From: Octopus sinensis
Taxonomy: Eukaryota
Assembly: GCF_006345805.1 (NCBI RefSeq)
Contig: NC_043004.1
Span: forward strand, 16,430,001 to 16,494,000
Direction: 5' to 3'
DNA length: 64,000 nt
In this document: positions 24,881 to 39,700 of the stretch, one piece after another
How positions within the stretch are numbered: position 1 is the first letter of the stretch
Layout: every line of letters starts with the position of its first letter
The notes under the pieces: generated by a model
What the model saw: only the letters and a program-made list of their open reading frames with translations
The model's database searches: none
Told to the model about the DNA's origin: nothing
Program-made: the position numbers and the translations under genes

Positions 24881-25440
24881 TAAAAGGAATTCCAACCTTG
24901 TCTGTTTTTCACGTTTTATTTACAATTTTATAATGATATAAAATAATATAATATAATAAAATAAAGTAAAATAATAGAATGTTAAATGTTCATTCTGATT
25001 GAACTAGTACTTTCATGCATTAAATTCTGCAATCTCAGGTTCATGTAGTAGTGGTGACAGTCATGTTTCACAATTTTTGACTGTAGCGAGATGATTGAAA
25101 CTGTGCCTTAAATACAGCTGTGTAGGCTCCAGATTGCTAGGTTTTGCAAACTGTATTCTGACTATTCAGTATGTAGTATCACTCAGTTACTTAAGCTGAT
25201 TGGTTGGTTGAGCTGATTGGTTTAGGCGTCACGCTTTGTTGGACATGTCAAGAGTCCTGTATCTTAACCCTGGTCGAGGCAGCAATTGTGGGGCTATTTT
25301 CAGAAATGTTGTAAATAGCCTTTGTCAGAGATTTTTATATTTTTATATTTCAATTGTCATCATCATCATTGTCACCACCTTAATTATTGTAAATAAAACA
25401 TGAAAAACAGACAAGGTTGGAATTCCTTTTATTAATATAT
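24872..25440 (-). mobile_element. PLE-type 3' fragment with inverted 55 bp ends and an HHR-like motif
   Basis: Arms 24872-24926 / 25386-25440 with one mismatch. Minus strand 25043-25000 reads TGAAC-CTGAGA-TTGCA..TGCAT-GAAA-G-TA-C-TA-GTTCA. Confidence 0.65.
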
Positions 25441-25466
25441 TCTTCAATACACAATCACACACACCC

Positions 25467-25513
<47 letters not shown>

Positions 25514-25534
25514 CACACACACACATATATATAT

Positions 25535-25632
<98 letters not shown>

Positions 25633-25654
25633 GGGTGTGTAAACAGCAAACATA

Positions 25655-25800
25655 TGTATTAGCTTAACGCTTGGGAAGTGAGAAAGTCATTTACGTTTCG
25701 AGCCTACTCTCTTCGATAGAAAGGAACACAGAAATAAACAAGGAGAGAAAATAGAAAAAGCTTTAGTGGCTAGCGATCAATCATAGTGAATGCCGACAGA
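25655..25800 (-). mobile_element. Pseudo-LTR-like fragment with degenerate HHR-like motif
   Basis: Minus strand CTATCGAAGAG-AGTAGG-CTC-GAAACGTAAA; related to motifs at ~34890-34920 (+) and ~54930-54960 (-). Confidence 0.45.
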
Positions 25801-25959
25801 GGGGTCAGACAGGAGAGCTAGGAGGAAGGGGAGCTAATAAAGTAGTGGTGATCCCAAAGCAAAGGTGCGTGTGCGTATGTATGTGAGAACGTGTATATAC
25901 GTATGGAAGGAGACTGATATGTGTATGTGTGTGAATGTGTATGTTTGTTTGTGTTTGTG

Positions 25960-26130
25960 TCTGTGTTTGTCCCCCAAACACGTCCCTTGAAATTAGCGGT
26001 TAGGCAAAAGAGAAAATAGAGTAAGTACCAGGTTTACAAAGAATAAGTCCAGGGGTCGATTTCTTCGACTACAAGGCAATCTTCAGCATGGCCAGAATCG
26101 AAATGAAACAATTAAAAGAAGCAAAAGAGT
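25960..26130 (+). mobile_element. SINE family A, 3' half
   Basis: Similar to the reverse complement of 5003-5180. Confidence 0.7.
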
Positions 26131-29100
26131 AATCTAGGCAGACGGAAGATTTTCAGTTCACTATCTTATTATATAATGGGAATGTATATATATATATATC
26201 TGTGTGTGGGGAGAGTAAGTATTTGTTTTACAGGAACTTTTCTTGATATTTTCGAAAATGTAGTACGTCTCTCGCAGACAATCTGTCGTCAGTGAATGTC
26301 TTTAACTTAGAATTATAAAGAAAAACAGCGAACCCATGTGTTTAATTTAGTTTAGTAGCCTGAACATGTCGAAGTACCACGCTAATATTATATATGTGAA
26401 ACCGTACTGTATATCTATGTAATATGCATAAATCCATGTGTGGCATTATTACTCAGGCTTACGCTTAATATTCACAATATTAACAATTTTACTGTTTATC
26501 TTACTTATCAATGCGAGCTGACTAGTATATACTTAGCTAATGAGTTCTAATCCATCTAAAACCTACCAGTTACTGCCACAATTAACTTTGAACACCATAT
26601 CCAGTGAAATATGTATTGCCTATATTTTCAAAAATGTAATCATCTGATTTTGTGGGAATTAATACCTTTGTTCGTTTGCTTTGTATGAGATTTGATTTAC
26701 ACATAAAGGCATTTATTTGTCCATTAATTACTTGAGTAATCCCAGAGGATTAAACTTTATTTGCTAATTATACGTGAAACTATCGCATTACTCAATAAAT
26801 GCTTATTAGCCACTGAGCCAACAATGTGGTCTGTACGCCGTCTATCGTTATCAAACCTCAAGCTATAATCTTAAAAGAACGCTTTGAATAATGCAGCTAT
26901 TGATAAAATGTCTGGATAAATGATGGGATGATCATAGATTTGCTTTGGCAGTACTAACCTTTGTCTAAATAACTATGCCAAGTAAATATTCACGGTCGAG
27001 CATATTGAAGTCTTTATTCAAGAAAATAGTATTTCAAATAAAAAATAAATTTATTAAATCCATTTGAATGAAAGCCAATACATGACGAAAATATATTAAA
27101 CTCTAAGAAATATGCAATAAATGTCAATACATGCGGAAATCAAAGGCATTCTTTATACAAAATGCTAATATATGTAATCATTTCACCTTGTGTAAAATTA
27201 ATAAAATTCATATCATCCAAGTTACTGACTATAAAACAATTATTTGCATTTAGAGTATCTGATATCTTAAAGATACACACACACATATATGTGTGTGTGT
27301 GTGCGTGTATATATATATATATATAAAACTTACTTGGAAGAAGAAGAAATATATATATGTATCTATGTATGTATTATATATAGAAGTTAGTATACTAAAA
27401 GTAAATTGTATTTTACTACCGAAAACATTTAATTCTATTCCGCTTCAATTTTAAACTGATTTTATGGGACATAAACAAATATTTATTCATGTTTTATCAA
27501 ACACACTTGAGTTGACAGACAGTTTATAATATAAAATATTGTTATTGGAACGTAATTCATTTAAATTTTAGCCTGGTGCATACGATACTTCTCTTGTTGA
27601 GATAAACATTATATTGAACAAATAGCATAATTCGTAGTCCGGAAATTCCTACTTCACATACCATATTTTGCATTCGTGTTTATGTATATTAAGTTAGAGG
27701 CAGTAAATCGTTTTATAATGAGGAGCCTAAGTGTACAAACTTTATAAATGAATTAAAACAATCTAAGCTTGGGAGTGGAAGCATGTGATGGCTGAGATTT
27801 TCATGAAGTATACCTGTTTTTCAACAACTATTGCCAGAGAATGAAAAGTAAAAATTCATTAATTGTATAATTTAGCTCCATATCCAACGTGGCTTCAATA
27901 TTGAAGTGTTTTTTGACCATGGCTTTTGTGTTTGGACCTTCCAAATTGAATATGAAAATACAGATGAAAATATTTACAAATTTAGATGATATGCGGCGTC
28001 AGTAATTAGTTTTTAACACATTTCCGCTGGTTATATTACAAATATAAAGCAGGTTAAAATTAGCTACATTCCATAGTAGCGTGGATTCATATACTTAGTG
28101 CAGCCATGCAATTTCGGTCCATCTTTTCAATTACCAGTAGCTCTGATGTTTGCATTTCTTAAAGAAAATATACAATATTTTAAATGACATTGAACGAACT
28201 TATTACATCAATATATGGTCACTTATTGTCAATTGTCTTTTACCAACACTAATTTGTAACGGATGTTCTTATTTTGCTTTTCAAACAAAGGTATCATGGT
28301 GTTTTTAGAGTATGAACTTTTCACTGACTTCTTTATTCGAGAGTGTTTCCTTTAGTATAAACAGTTCTAAGTATTTACAAAGGTGGTAATCTGATTGGAA
28401 GAATTTCAGGCAAATAATGATTTTCAGGCAAATAATAATGATTCGAAGTGTAATTTTCTGACGTATCTGATCGAGCGTTTTCCTTTCCTACATCAGAATT
28501 CGTCTGTCTATCTTAAATAATCTAACTGATTACGCCCTTCTTTTTTTTTTTGTCAAAATGAACAGTGTATTATACATTTAGAAACCTCAATTGCCTGATG
28601 AAGTTCTAGGGATATAGTTGTGCTCTTTAATAGTTCATGCACTTTAATAGAATCACAAAACCAATGCATTGAAGGCAAACATCACCAGGAAAAACTAGAG
28701 CATGTTAATATGAAATCTATCTAATTTATGGAAAACAAATGAATTCAGTACCTACTTTCCCTAGCTTGTATAATTACAGTTCAGATAAGTATAAACAATA
28801 TATATATATGTGTGTGTGTGTGTGTACATTTAGACATACATGCAACACTTCATTTTCACTAGCTGAATTCTAGATCTTTCATTAATTTCTCAATGTTTTT
28901 GCTCTGTCTATAACGACGGAATTGCACTGTATATACTTCATTTTAATGTCCCAGTAGTACTGTTCATCTACACTTTTCACGATTGGTATGATGGAGCATA
29001 TTTTGAGTGAGGGACAGAGAGCAATATCATGTTTGTGTAGTCATATAGTTCCGACGATATATGCTGAACTACCTATTATGGATATGTATGAAGTTATTAT

Positions 29101-30062
29101 TTGTGCGTTTATCTATATAAATAGCTTAATTTATAACTGTGTAGTATTATCTTTCAGAATATTTACATATTCCTTTTTGCTGATGAACAAATTGATAGTT
29201 CTTGCAATAAATACCGAAATCAAAGCAGGCTAAAGCTGAGACTTTGAATAGCGTGAAAGTGTGCTGATAGACATAGAAAAGTCAGTGGTGCAATAAACGC
29301 AACGGATTTTGTGATTAAAACCTTAGAAGATATCCGTTCAAGCGTTTATGCTATAAGTTCAAATATTAGAGAGGTGTTTGTATTTACTCCTTTCGGGGAA
29401 TTGATATATGTATTATCAGTCCATTGTTCACGTTGATATTTCTCTTTCATTATCTGTGGATTATATATATATAACACAGAATTACTGTTTTGCTGCACAT
29501 TGTGTCATGCAGATGGTATACTTGAGAATGTGTCAATAGTACACGCTTTTCTAAAAAAAACTAAACCTTTTGCACTATAATTTAATGAATTATTTAGTCA
29601 CAGCAAGATGGGGGCCACACATGTAAAACTATATGCGTTACATAAGTAGAAGGTTTAAATACCTATTTAGTATTTTAGTATGTCAAGTCTGTAATTATGT
29701 CACTATTTCCAGCCATAAAATTATTCAAAAGTCTTCATTCTACAATTATCAGCTTCCGACGCCTGCAATTTCTAATTAGGTGGCAATACATTAATTTGAA
29801 AATGCAGAAATAGGAAATAACCTCTTATCAAGTATTTTGTATTTCGTTGAAGAAATATTGTATAGAATATTCACCAATATATTTGTGTACTTCAGATAGC
29901 TTAAAGGGTTTCTTAGCATGTGGTACATTCGTATATTTTAGTGAAAATAATGAAGCAACTACATGAATAATTGAGAAATTGTCACCAATTATTATATATC
30001 CGTATCCAGGGAAAAAGTAATGCTGTATATTACTAGTTTTTTCTCAGCAATATTAGTCATTA

Positions 30063-30229
30063 TAGGCGCAGGAGTGGCTGTGTGGTAAGTGGGTTGCTAA
30101 CCAACCACATGGTTCCGGGTTCGGTCCCACTGCATCGTGCCTTGGGCAAGTGTCTTCAACTATAGCCTCGGGCCGACCAAAGCCTTGTGAGTGGATTTGG
30201 TAGACGGAAACTGAAAGACACCCGTCGTA
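30063..30229 (+). mobile_element. SINE family A, 5' half (tRNA-like head)
   Basis: A-box TGGCTGTGTGG, B-box GGTTCGGTCCC, then CCTTGGGCAAGTGTCTTC..CCAAAGCCTTGTGAGTGGATTTGGTAGACGGAAACTGAAAG. Confidence 0.85.
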
Positions 30230-30304
30230 TATATGTATATATATATTTATTCTTTCTAAGTCTGGTACTTATTCTGTCAGATAAATAAATATATATAAAT
30301 GCTT

Positions 30305-30432
30305 TTTTCAGTTTCCGTCTACCAAATCAACTCACAAGACTTTGGTCGGCCCGTGGCTATATAAGATACCTACCCAATGTGCCACGCAGTAGGATTGAAC
30401 ACGGAACCATGTGGTTGGGAAGCAACCATGCC
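30305..30432 (-). mobile_element. SINE family A, 5' half, inverted relative to the 30063 copy
   Basis: Diverged reverse complement of ~30090-30217. Confidence 0.85.
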
Positions 30433-30694
30433 TCACAGATTTTACTGAATATTGACTTTATGAGGAGATTCCCAACCAGCTATAATTGAAGTATTATACG
30501 TGAATTAGTATTGTCAATTCTGCTCCAGTGAAGAATGATTTTAGATTTAACAATTCAATACATGAATATATCTATACATCCCGTTCATTTCCAGTACAAA
30601 AGTAGCGAGATAACAGAAAATCCTTCGATAACAGAAAATCCTACGTGCAGTTATCTGCACTTGATTCTTAAATTATTATACGTATTTATAGACC

Positions 30695-31084
30695 TACTAG
30701 CAGTATCGCCCGGCGTTGCTCAGGTTTGTAAGGGAAATAACTATAAAACATTTTTAGAGAGTTATAGCCAAAAAATAGCAAAAAAATGGAAGAAAAATGA
30801 TGGTAAATTTTTTTTTGAGAGTAAAAAAAGGTTGAGTTGCGTCCCCTAGACAGTCTGTGGTTTGTTTTTTTTGATTCTCGACCCCATGTCGAATTTATCG
30901 ATTTTTTTCAGAACTGGGGGAACTTTTCAAAATTTTCGCTGCGTTAGTTTTGAATTATGACATTGGGCTATGTGTGTGTCAAGTTTCATCAGAATCGGTT
31001 GAAAGCCGTGGTCAGGGTGAGGGTACGAGAAAACAGACACACAGAAACACGCACAGACAAACTGCCGTTTATATAGAGAGAGAT
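30695..31084 (+). mobile_element. Non-autonomous Helentron/DINE-1-like (HINE) element
   Basis: Starts TACTAGCAGTATCGCCCGGCGTTGCTCAGG (subterminal hairpin). Contains CAAGTTTCATCAGAATCGG and an ACAGAC-type microsatellite, and ends TTTATATAGAGAGAGAT, the usual HINE layout. Confidence 0.65.
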
Positions 31085-33200
31085 GATGAATTACATGCTA
31101 GCTGTGCTCAACATGTTTTACTTTATCTAGGACTACATTATAGAAGGGTATGGTTTGAAAGAGATACGACTGCACTTTTTTGAAGCCTGAACCACTTCGT
31201 AGATGACCATATTTGGCTTCTAGATATGCATTTTCAATTCTTGGTCTTTTACTGAGAGCAGATGGCATGCACATATTATCTAGAATGAACAAAATTATAA
31301 AATCGCATGTTCATATATGAATAGTAAGATTTGTCTTGTCAAATCGTTGAAATATACCATAAGCATTTTATCGGCCACCACGGCACTTATATATTCAATA
31401 TCCAATTCTGCTTCTGTAAAGCCATAGAAGCATGTGTCGTAAAATAAGTACAGGGAGTTCTCTTTGAAATTGTATTTTGTATCCCAAACTTCTTGATATT
31501 CCTTATATGGAACTAGTGAACGTTTCTAAGAAAAAACTTTGAAACAATTAAGACTTCTGTAGCTTGATATTTTCTCGATCTACTCTAGTGCCCTTAACTA
31601 AATCAAACCGTCCTAGCCAATAAATTCGCATCACATACCAATTCTGCCTTCAACGATATGCGTAGTTGCTTTCTCTCAGACAAAATTCCATTGAATAATA
31701 TAACATCAAAATATTAACGTTAGCTCAAAAGCTGTGAGGCTAATATCTTTTTATATATTTCATGATATACAGAATGTAAAATTCCCACACACAAGAAAAC
31801 TGCACTGATTGGTAGATGCATTTTATTATGTTGTGTTGCTGAACTATAAATATATGTTTACAATGTCAATATCAGAGTTGTTATAACATATTTCTCATGG
31901 GCTGGTTTGTCTTCACACGCAACTTCAATGTTAATGACAGATTTTTCGGTTTACGCTGCAATGCATTTCTTTCCTACTTCATCATTTACATTACATTTCT
32001 ATCATATTGCCAAAGGGTTTATTGTAGGCCAGAATATTTTGGTTATTTCCTCAAATATGTGTACATATATTCTTCCATTATCGTTTACGTATCACGAATA
32101 TTTTAATATTTTTTATGAGCTAGCTCTCATTCATGTTGCAACTTATAATCATCTGGCTCTAGCGATACTGTCTATATTGTAATTGATATTTCTATAAATG
32201 TACTCGGCATCTGCCTCCAGATGTCTTATTACGTGCTACGAGAATTTTCAAGAACTGACATCCAAAATTAGCCTTTTGTATCGTTAAACTTGTCTGTCCA
32301 TAAAGGCTTTTCCGGTAATGTTTATAACTTGTGTGTGTTTGTTTTACGTATATTCTCCACCAAATTCCAAATTAGAAATACGTTTATGGTTATATCACAT
32401 TCATTGATCTTTTATAATTATGTCTTAAATTGTTTTCTTAGTCACTTCATTTAACTAACCTCATCTTTTCATTGCACTTTTATATAGTTATGTTTTATAG
32501 CTATTATTATGTATGTAATATAGTATTTTACTACAGGTTTTAATTATATTAATCCGTTTTGGCTTTCGTTAGTTTGCTGTTATATGAAGTTTTCATGGCA
32601 TTCTAAATTTTGTCCTGATATCAACATAGAATAAAATCTGCATTGCTTGAATAGTAGTATTCGTTTGATTTGTAGACTCATCGATATATCGATTCGTGGA
32701 TATTGAATAGTTGTTATAGTGAAGTACATTATGTTGTGCTAAAATCATGCGTACTTATAATATTACTGTCTTGCGAGAAAGTCAGTAACATGGTATGGTA
32801 ATATAACAATGCTTTCATTTCACTCATATTCAAAACAATTCTGTTCACAATGTACTGTAATTGCAAATGGCTACAACATTTTTGTGTTTGTTTGAAGAAC
32901 AATACAGTAGAGGAATGGTCATAATAATACACTCACGAAATATTGTCTATTATCTAAACCAAGTGACATGGATGTAATATATTTCTGCTTGGATTAACGA
33001 TGGCAATTTCAATTTTCGAATAAAATATTGGAATTAAGAAGATATTATGCTAAAGTAATGTATTTTATTGTTTTAATCCCTGCAGTAAATATTCCATCCA
33101 AAATTTGCCTTTACGCCGCTGATGTTTGCCACAGAATTTTAAATAAATAAATAACTATATGTATATATATATATATATATAATATATATATATATATTAT

Positions 33201-33265
<65 letters not shown>

Positions 33266-33491
33266 AGAGAGAGAGCGAGAGAGAGAGAAAGACAGAGAGA
33301 CAGGCAGAGTGAGTGAGTGAGATACAGAGAGAGTAATATAGATATAGATATATGTATGCATGCATATATGTATATAGATATATATACATACTTATAATAT
33401 ATATGATATATATATGATATAGACAGATTGATATATTTATATATACAAATATATATCTTAAAATTTCTTTACTCATTGTGATTAAATCAAC

Positions 33492-33538
<47 letters not shown>

Positions 33539-33565
33539 TTAATAATGGTGATGATGATGATGATG

Positions 33566-33625
<60 letters not shown>

Positions 33626-33670
33626 TTAATGATGATGATGATGATGATAATGATGATGATAATAATAATG
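33492..33670. repeat. (AAT)n/(GAT)n compound microsatellite with a duplicated higher-order unit
   Basis: Seen directly. Confidence 0.95.
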
Positions 33671-33747
33671 AAAAGTAACAACAAAAGCGACCTCGATATT
33701 AGAAATAGAAGATTATTTATACATGTTATAATTCAGAAGAAAAAGTA

Positions 33748-33833
33748 AAAGGTTGTCATTATATTTCTATGAGAATGTATCGTAGCTCTTCGCTCCGACA
33801 TTCGAAACTCCGAGTACTATAATGACAACCTTT
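33748..33833 (+). ncRNA. Degenerate type-I HHR-like fold with long closing stem
   Basis: AAAGGTTGTCATTATA / TATAATGACAACCTTT (16 bp) encloses CTATGA-GAATGT...ACATTC-GAAAC-TCCGA-GTA. The core lacks G5. Confidence 0.45.
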
Positions 33834-33915
33834 ACATGTTTTGTTCTAAATTATGATATGTGTGTGTGTGTGGAGAGAGAGAGGGAGAGAACGAGACACA
33901 GACAGTGACAGACAA

Positions 33916-33981
<66 letters not shown>

Positions 33982-34636
33982 GGATGGATAGTTAGATGGA
34001 TAGATTTACAGTGAACAAAATACTCTTCGCAATTCTCTCGACATCAAAATGGATGACGTTCCCAGCAATCCGTACACTCACAAACCCACAAACATACACA
34101 TGTAGAAACAACAGATTTAACTGATACTAACAAAAAATGTGTATCTCTCCTCCTACTGAAATTAAATCTACGACAGTCTTACACATTTGATTTGATTAAA
34201 ATCTTCAACAAAATAATTGCTCAAGTTTGGTGCGTTCTTGTATTTCAGTTTGGAAAGCTATAAAATATTTTTTCCCTTGTAGACGTGTAATTTTATTCTT
34301 ATTTATCGCATTCGTAGAATCTATGAATATTTAGTATTAAAATATTCAACATCAATTCGATAGTTTAGTGTGTTCCTGTTCTGAAAATAAGTATATGACT
34401 GTGAAAATTCAGAGATAAGTAGTAGGACAAAGAAATTCTCACTTGTTTTTTACTTTAATCATTGTTATAACCACACTTTTCAAGATGTTATTGTAATTTG
34501 TGGATATCATTTTGGAACACAAACATTCTAGTCAGTTTTGTACAAATTGGATATAGTTCTGTATTCATACGATGCGAATAGGATTTTATTCTCTGACGAA
34601 TACAATTAGAAAATAAAATATTATCCCTTTAATAGT

Positions 34637-34734
<98 letters not shown>

Positions 34735-34809
34735 ACGTATATATATATATATATTTCCTTCCGGTCATTCCATTTTACATATATATACATATATATACAT
34801 ATATATATT

Positions 34810-35020
34810 CAAAATGTGACCGCGTGTGTACTGTAGGCGATTTTTTTTCCTCTGTCTTCGCTTCACTGGATCTTTCCTTCTCCTATGTTTCCAACGAAGA
34901 GCTACGCTCGAAACGTTAAACCCTCCTTCTTTCCTTCTTTCCTGACCGTCCAATAATACTATATTTGTTCCACGTCCTCGCGTTGTTGTGGTTTTTTTTT
35001 GCTTTCATGTTTGGATTAAA
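34810..35020 (+). mobile_element. (TA)n-embedded pseudo-LTR-like fragment with degenerate HHR-like motif
   Basis: CCAACGA-AGAGC-TAC-GCTC-GAAACGTTA; (TA)n on both sides. Confidence 0.5.
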
Positions 35021-37374
35021 TTTATATATATATATATATATATATATAATTCTCAAATACCAGTCGATATTAACACTATCATTTTAGACAGATATGTGCA
35101 TATACATATAGGCGTGTACGCTACTAGCCATTTCTAAGCAGCTAGTGTCTGTAAGGTGTGTGTCTGTATGGGTGTATATAGTGAGGAAACGCAGTAATAT
35201 TAAACTACAGATTTCTGAATGCTAATAATAAGCTTTAAAACTGCCAGTGCTCTCATTATGCAATCCTGTATGATAAATGAAATGTATTATATTAGTACAG
35301 GTTTAGTTCATGATATGATTTATATATGCATAACCGCGTTGCGTGCTGTAACGTCAGAAGTAACTTTCTAAATAGACAAATTTTCAAATCATACTGACTA
35401 TTCTTTACAATCATTTTCACCTCTTATATGCAGTAATGTTGCAAAATTACTTGCTTCCCTTCACCTGTAAGTATAGCTTTAATGTATCTAACTGTATAGA
35501 TCACTTTAAATTCTTTAAATTTCGTGAATAAATCGAATAAAGAACGCCGCTCTTGAATTCAAGATGTAAAGCAACTAAATATATTACTAAGATCAGAAGT
35601 AGCATGTATCCATGCAAAGATTGTATATTTTCTAATGCTGATACAAAATAGTCTATCAAATTCGCCATTTCGTATATAGTGCTATGGAATATTGGTTAAG
35701 AACTTTGCACTCTGTCTGTAGTCATGGTTTATATTTCAGTCGTGTCATCATTTTTTATTATCTTTCTTCTAACTTTCACATTCGTACCAACATTTGTTTG
35801 TAAGTAAATTTACTTTCATCAAAGTTCAAATCGCCAAAACATGAAACATATTTTTAAATATTTAAATATTTAATCACTAAAAATTTGCACATACATTTCT
35901 GCACTCTTAATTTATTATTAAATTTTAATCGCAACTGATTTTTTTCAGAAATAAATGTTGTGTGTCTGCTTGTAATCGATTTCGTTAACCTAAGGTCTTT
36001 GCCATAAAAGTAGATTGTCATAGACTATATTGCTTTTTTTCTCTCACACTTCCACACTATGATTATATTTAGTCTGTGCACGATTTACTTTGCTGTCGGT
36101 CAAATCTTGAAAACATTCAAGACCACTTCTTCAGTAATAAATGGTTGACTCTTCTTAATTGCACTACGGCGTTACCTTCTTAACGCTCTGGGATTTCCAA
36201 AGGCTTCTCAAGTATTACTTCCTTCTACCTGCTCATTCCTCCTAATTCACCTTTACTTCTCTTAGCATAGCACCTCTCTCACCATCCTACTACGCCGCTA
36301 CCATACTAGAACACTATGATTAATCCATATCCGTTTAGTAATTCATTGTGTATTAAAAATATTAATAATTTAGGATTATTTTTCTTATGGACGGAATATC
36401 TGACGTAATTATACGTTAACGAAGATGACAATATGTGCTTTTTAAATATTTTCATTTACTTTTAGATTTTATAAGCTAAAATATATAACGCCTTCTTGAG
36501 CCAAAATGAGATGCTCTCTGAAGCCAACAGCTTTTGGTTGCCTAATGTCTACGTATGAGAAGAAAAACTATAAAAACGTCGGCATCATAGTTTAAATTGA
36601 TATGAAAGTATGATAGACACAAACAAATACACACAAAGCATTTTAGTCAGTATCGTTGTGCCTTTTACAAATGATGTGCATTCAGTGATTGCACCTCTAA
36701 ACACAATTACTTAATTTCAGATCCCAAAGAGCCTTTATGGAAATATATAAATTAGAATAAAATTGCATTGTCGATGGAGAAGTAATCATCGGTAGTTTCC
36801 TATCTGGGCCTTATTTATGTGGATATTCATTTCAAAATGATTGATCGATAAGTAATGATAAACATAATCTCTATTCATTTCGATTATGACTAATGAAGTC
36901 GATCAATACTCAGATATATTAATACTACCATGTTCATTAATAGGACATGCATTTGTGAAAGAGCAGAGGTTAATATCAAATTGTTCAAACTACATTCAAC
37001 GTATATTATTAATCACATGACTTCATTATATATGTCTCTGCTTATGTTTACTCACAGTCGTACATAATATCTACATACCAGCCGACCACTTGCCATCAAT
37101 AATGACGGCTGATGGTAGTATTTTATAAATAAATAAGATACAAAATAAGGTACGTAATAATCATACACATAAACATTCAATAATTTCCTTGTACATGCAC
37201 ATACATACACACATAGTTGAAATGCTGATTTTTGTTATCCCTTCTTTCATTATTCATCTATCACATTTCCTTTCTCTCATTGCTATTACTTTCTCTCAGT
37301 CCTTCTCAGTCAGGACTATTACTCTCACTACTTTTCCTTCACTGAACTACTACTTTCTCTCCGCTTCTACATCA

Positions 37375-37658
37375 CCAGATGCCCTACTCACCAGATTTAG
37401 CACCTGGGGACTTTCAACTCCCACCAAGAGAAATTCACTGTTTTAACACCGTTGTTGAGATCAAGAGCGAATCGCAGAAGGATCTCGACTCACTTACAGA
37501 AAACGACTTCCAGGCCAGATTCCAAAAGTGACAGGAACGCTGGAATGAGTGTACTGCTGCGCAAGGTGACTATTTTGAAGAAGGTACTGTTAAAACTTAG
37601 GTAAATAAGTTATTTTTTATCAAAATATCTAATTCGGGAACTGTTTAATACCACCTCG
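37375..37658 (+). mobile_element. Mariner 3' fragment
   Basis: PYSPDLAPGDF, then FQK*QERWNECTAAQGDYFEEG, then a terminal repeat ending ..AATACCACCTCG. Confidence 0.85.
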
Positions 37659-39442
37659 CAAACATATATGCGTACGTGTGTGTGTGTGTGTGTCTGTGTC
37701 TGTGTATGCGTGTATTGCGCCATCTCCTGTACGCTGAATTAAACACAAGAGTCATAAGAATTTACCTGAATAATACGAAATACACACCCTACCTCGATAT
37801 GTATTATATCGCATCCCTAGCACAAATAACTTCTGATTGCGTGTACCGTTTCCAAACTCAGTCGTTTAAGTTGTTGTAAGTTAACTCCTAAAAACTAAAT
37901 TAGGTGGATGCTTGCTTAGGTAATAAAAGGATAGCGTTTGACTATAAAATTGGTTGAATTTTCCGATACATCTAAAGTATTTCAGGGATTATATTTAATG
38001 GCCTTCATTTTACTGTCATTGTGGAGGAACGACATTCCAATATAACGATGGTCTTTCCTATATATCCTTGATATGAATGCCGTTTTTAGTATATTGATTT
38101 ATTGTAACATTCAATGCAAGAAATGCCAACGAAGATAGAAAAGCCGATGGGAATGAAAATGTATAAATGTCCTTGTGAAAATAGATAATACAGTTAAATA
38201 AAATATGCTGGAACGTATTTCTGGATTTCAAAGTCATTTGGTTCTTAATACGTGCAACAGTATGCCTAAACCTAGCCACAATTTGTTACACTTCAGAACA
38301 AAAATGGTCACATTCCTCTAGTAAGCAAACACTCTCTCTTTGAATAGGTGACAAGAGTCTTTGTCTGGTTTACCGACCGCTCTCTGTGAACTAATATCAG
38401 TTTCAATACAGTTTTATTACACTAGGTTGATACAAGTCTGCATAGAGAAATATATATTAGTGATGCAGCTATGTATATTGTACGCACGCCTTGAGTGTAA
38501 TGATTCTTCTACAATTATCGATGTTTTCATTATATATTGGACTATAAGTAATATTTTATAAACTGTCACCTGAAACGTCTTTCGAATTTATTACTGCTTG
38601 CGCATGTTGTCCTTTTCACCGCATTTTTATTGTGTTGCACTGATAAGAAAATTGAATTGGATAGAATTATATGTGTGAGTTTCATTCATTATTTTCTTTC
38701 AGCTGTCATACTATCACTTCATTGCATTCATGATTTGTAAATTTCCTTACGGCGTTAATTTCACCTATGACAAAAGTTTCCAGTGTTCAGCTTTTCAGAA
38801 AATCCTTAATCATAGAATGTAATGTCTAAAATGAAATGAAAGCAGCATCCATAATTAATTTATTAAAACATACCTTCATTATTGTCTTCAAAAGATGTAA
38901 ATCAATTTGGAATTAGATTTTGAGTTAACCTTCTAACATCCAACTCGACATAACTTTGGCACCGTTACATAGTCTCTAAACCTGCTAAAAACAGGAGCAA
39001 AATATACTTCAAATACGAATTTTATAGTTTAAAAGAAATGAGAGCTTATATAATGCAATCCAAGTTTACTTCATGCATTATATCTGATAAGAATTTGCTG
39101 TTGTAGGACACGGTTTCAATGTTTTACTCATACATGTATTAGACCGGGTCGGGGGTTCAAATTATGAAGATTAAAATGTTTCCATAATATTCTTGTGAAA
39201 TAATCAATAACAGCAATTTCCTTTGTAAAGTTTATAGAAGCTGAACTTAGTTCCTTCATAAGTGAAACTGAGGACAATGAAAATAAGTTTAGCAAAAAGT
39301 ATATCACTGCTAACGTTGGACATTCAGAAGTTTGATTATATTTATTTCTACAATTAGCTACGGAGAATGAGGAAACATAAATTTAAACGGGCTCTAAGAG
39401 AGAATCAAGCAGACATGTCTATTCGTATGTGTGTGTGTGTGT

Positions 39443-39493
<51 letters not shown>

Positions 39494-39494
39494 G

Positions 39495-39515
39495 ACAGAC
39501 AGATAGATAGATAGG

Positions 39516-39588
<73 letters not shown>

Positions 39589-39602
39589 GGATAGATAGAT
39601 AT

Positions 39603-39700
<98 letters not shown>
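39495..39700. repeat. (GATA)n tetranucleotide microsatellite, ~200 bp
   Basis: Seen directly; similar tract at 33917-33990. Confidence 0.97.

Noticed and set aside
28591-28678. CTGATGA with TTGCC/GGCAA ends and palindromic CAATGCATTG
   Set aside because: GAAA and the cleavage triplet are missing; at best a dead HHR.
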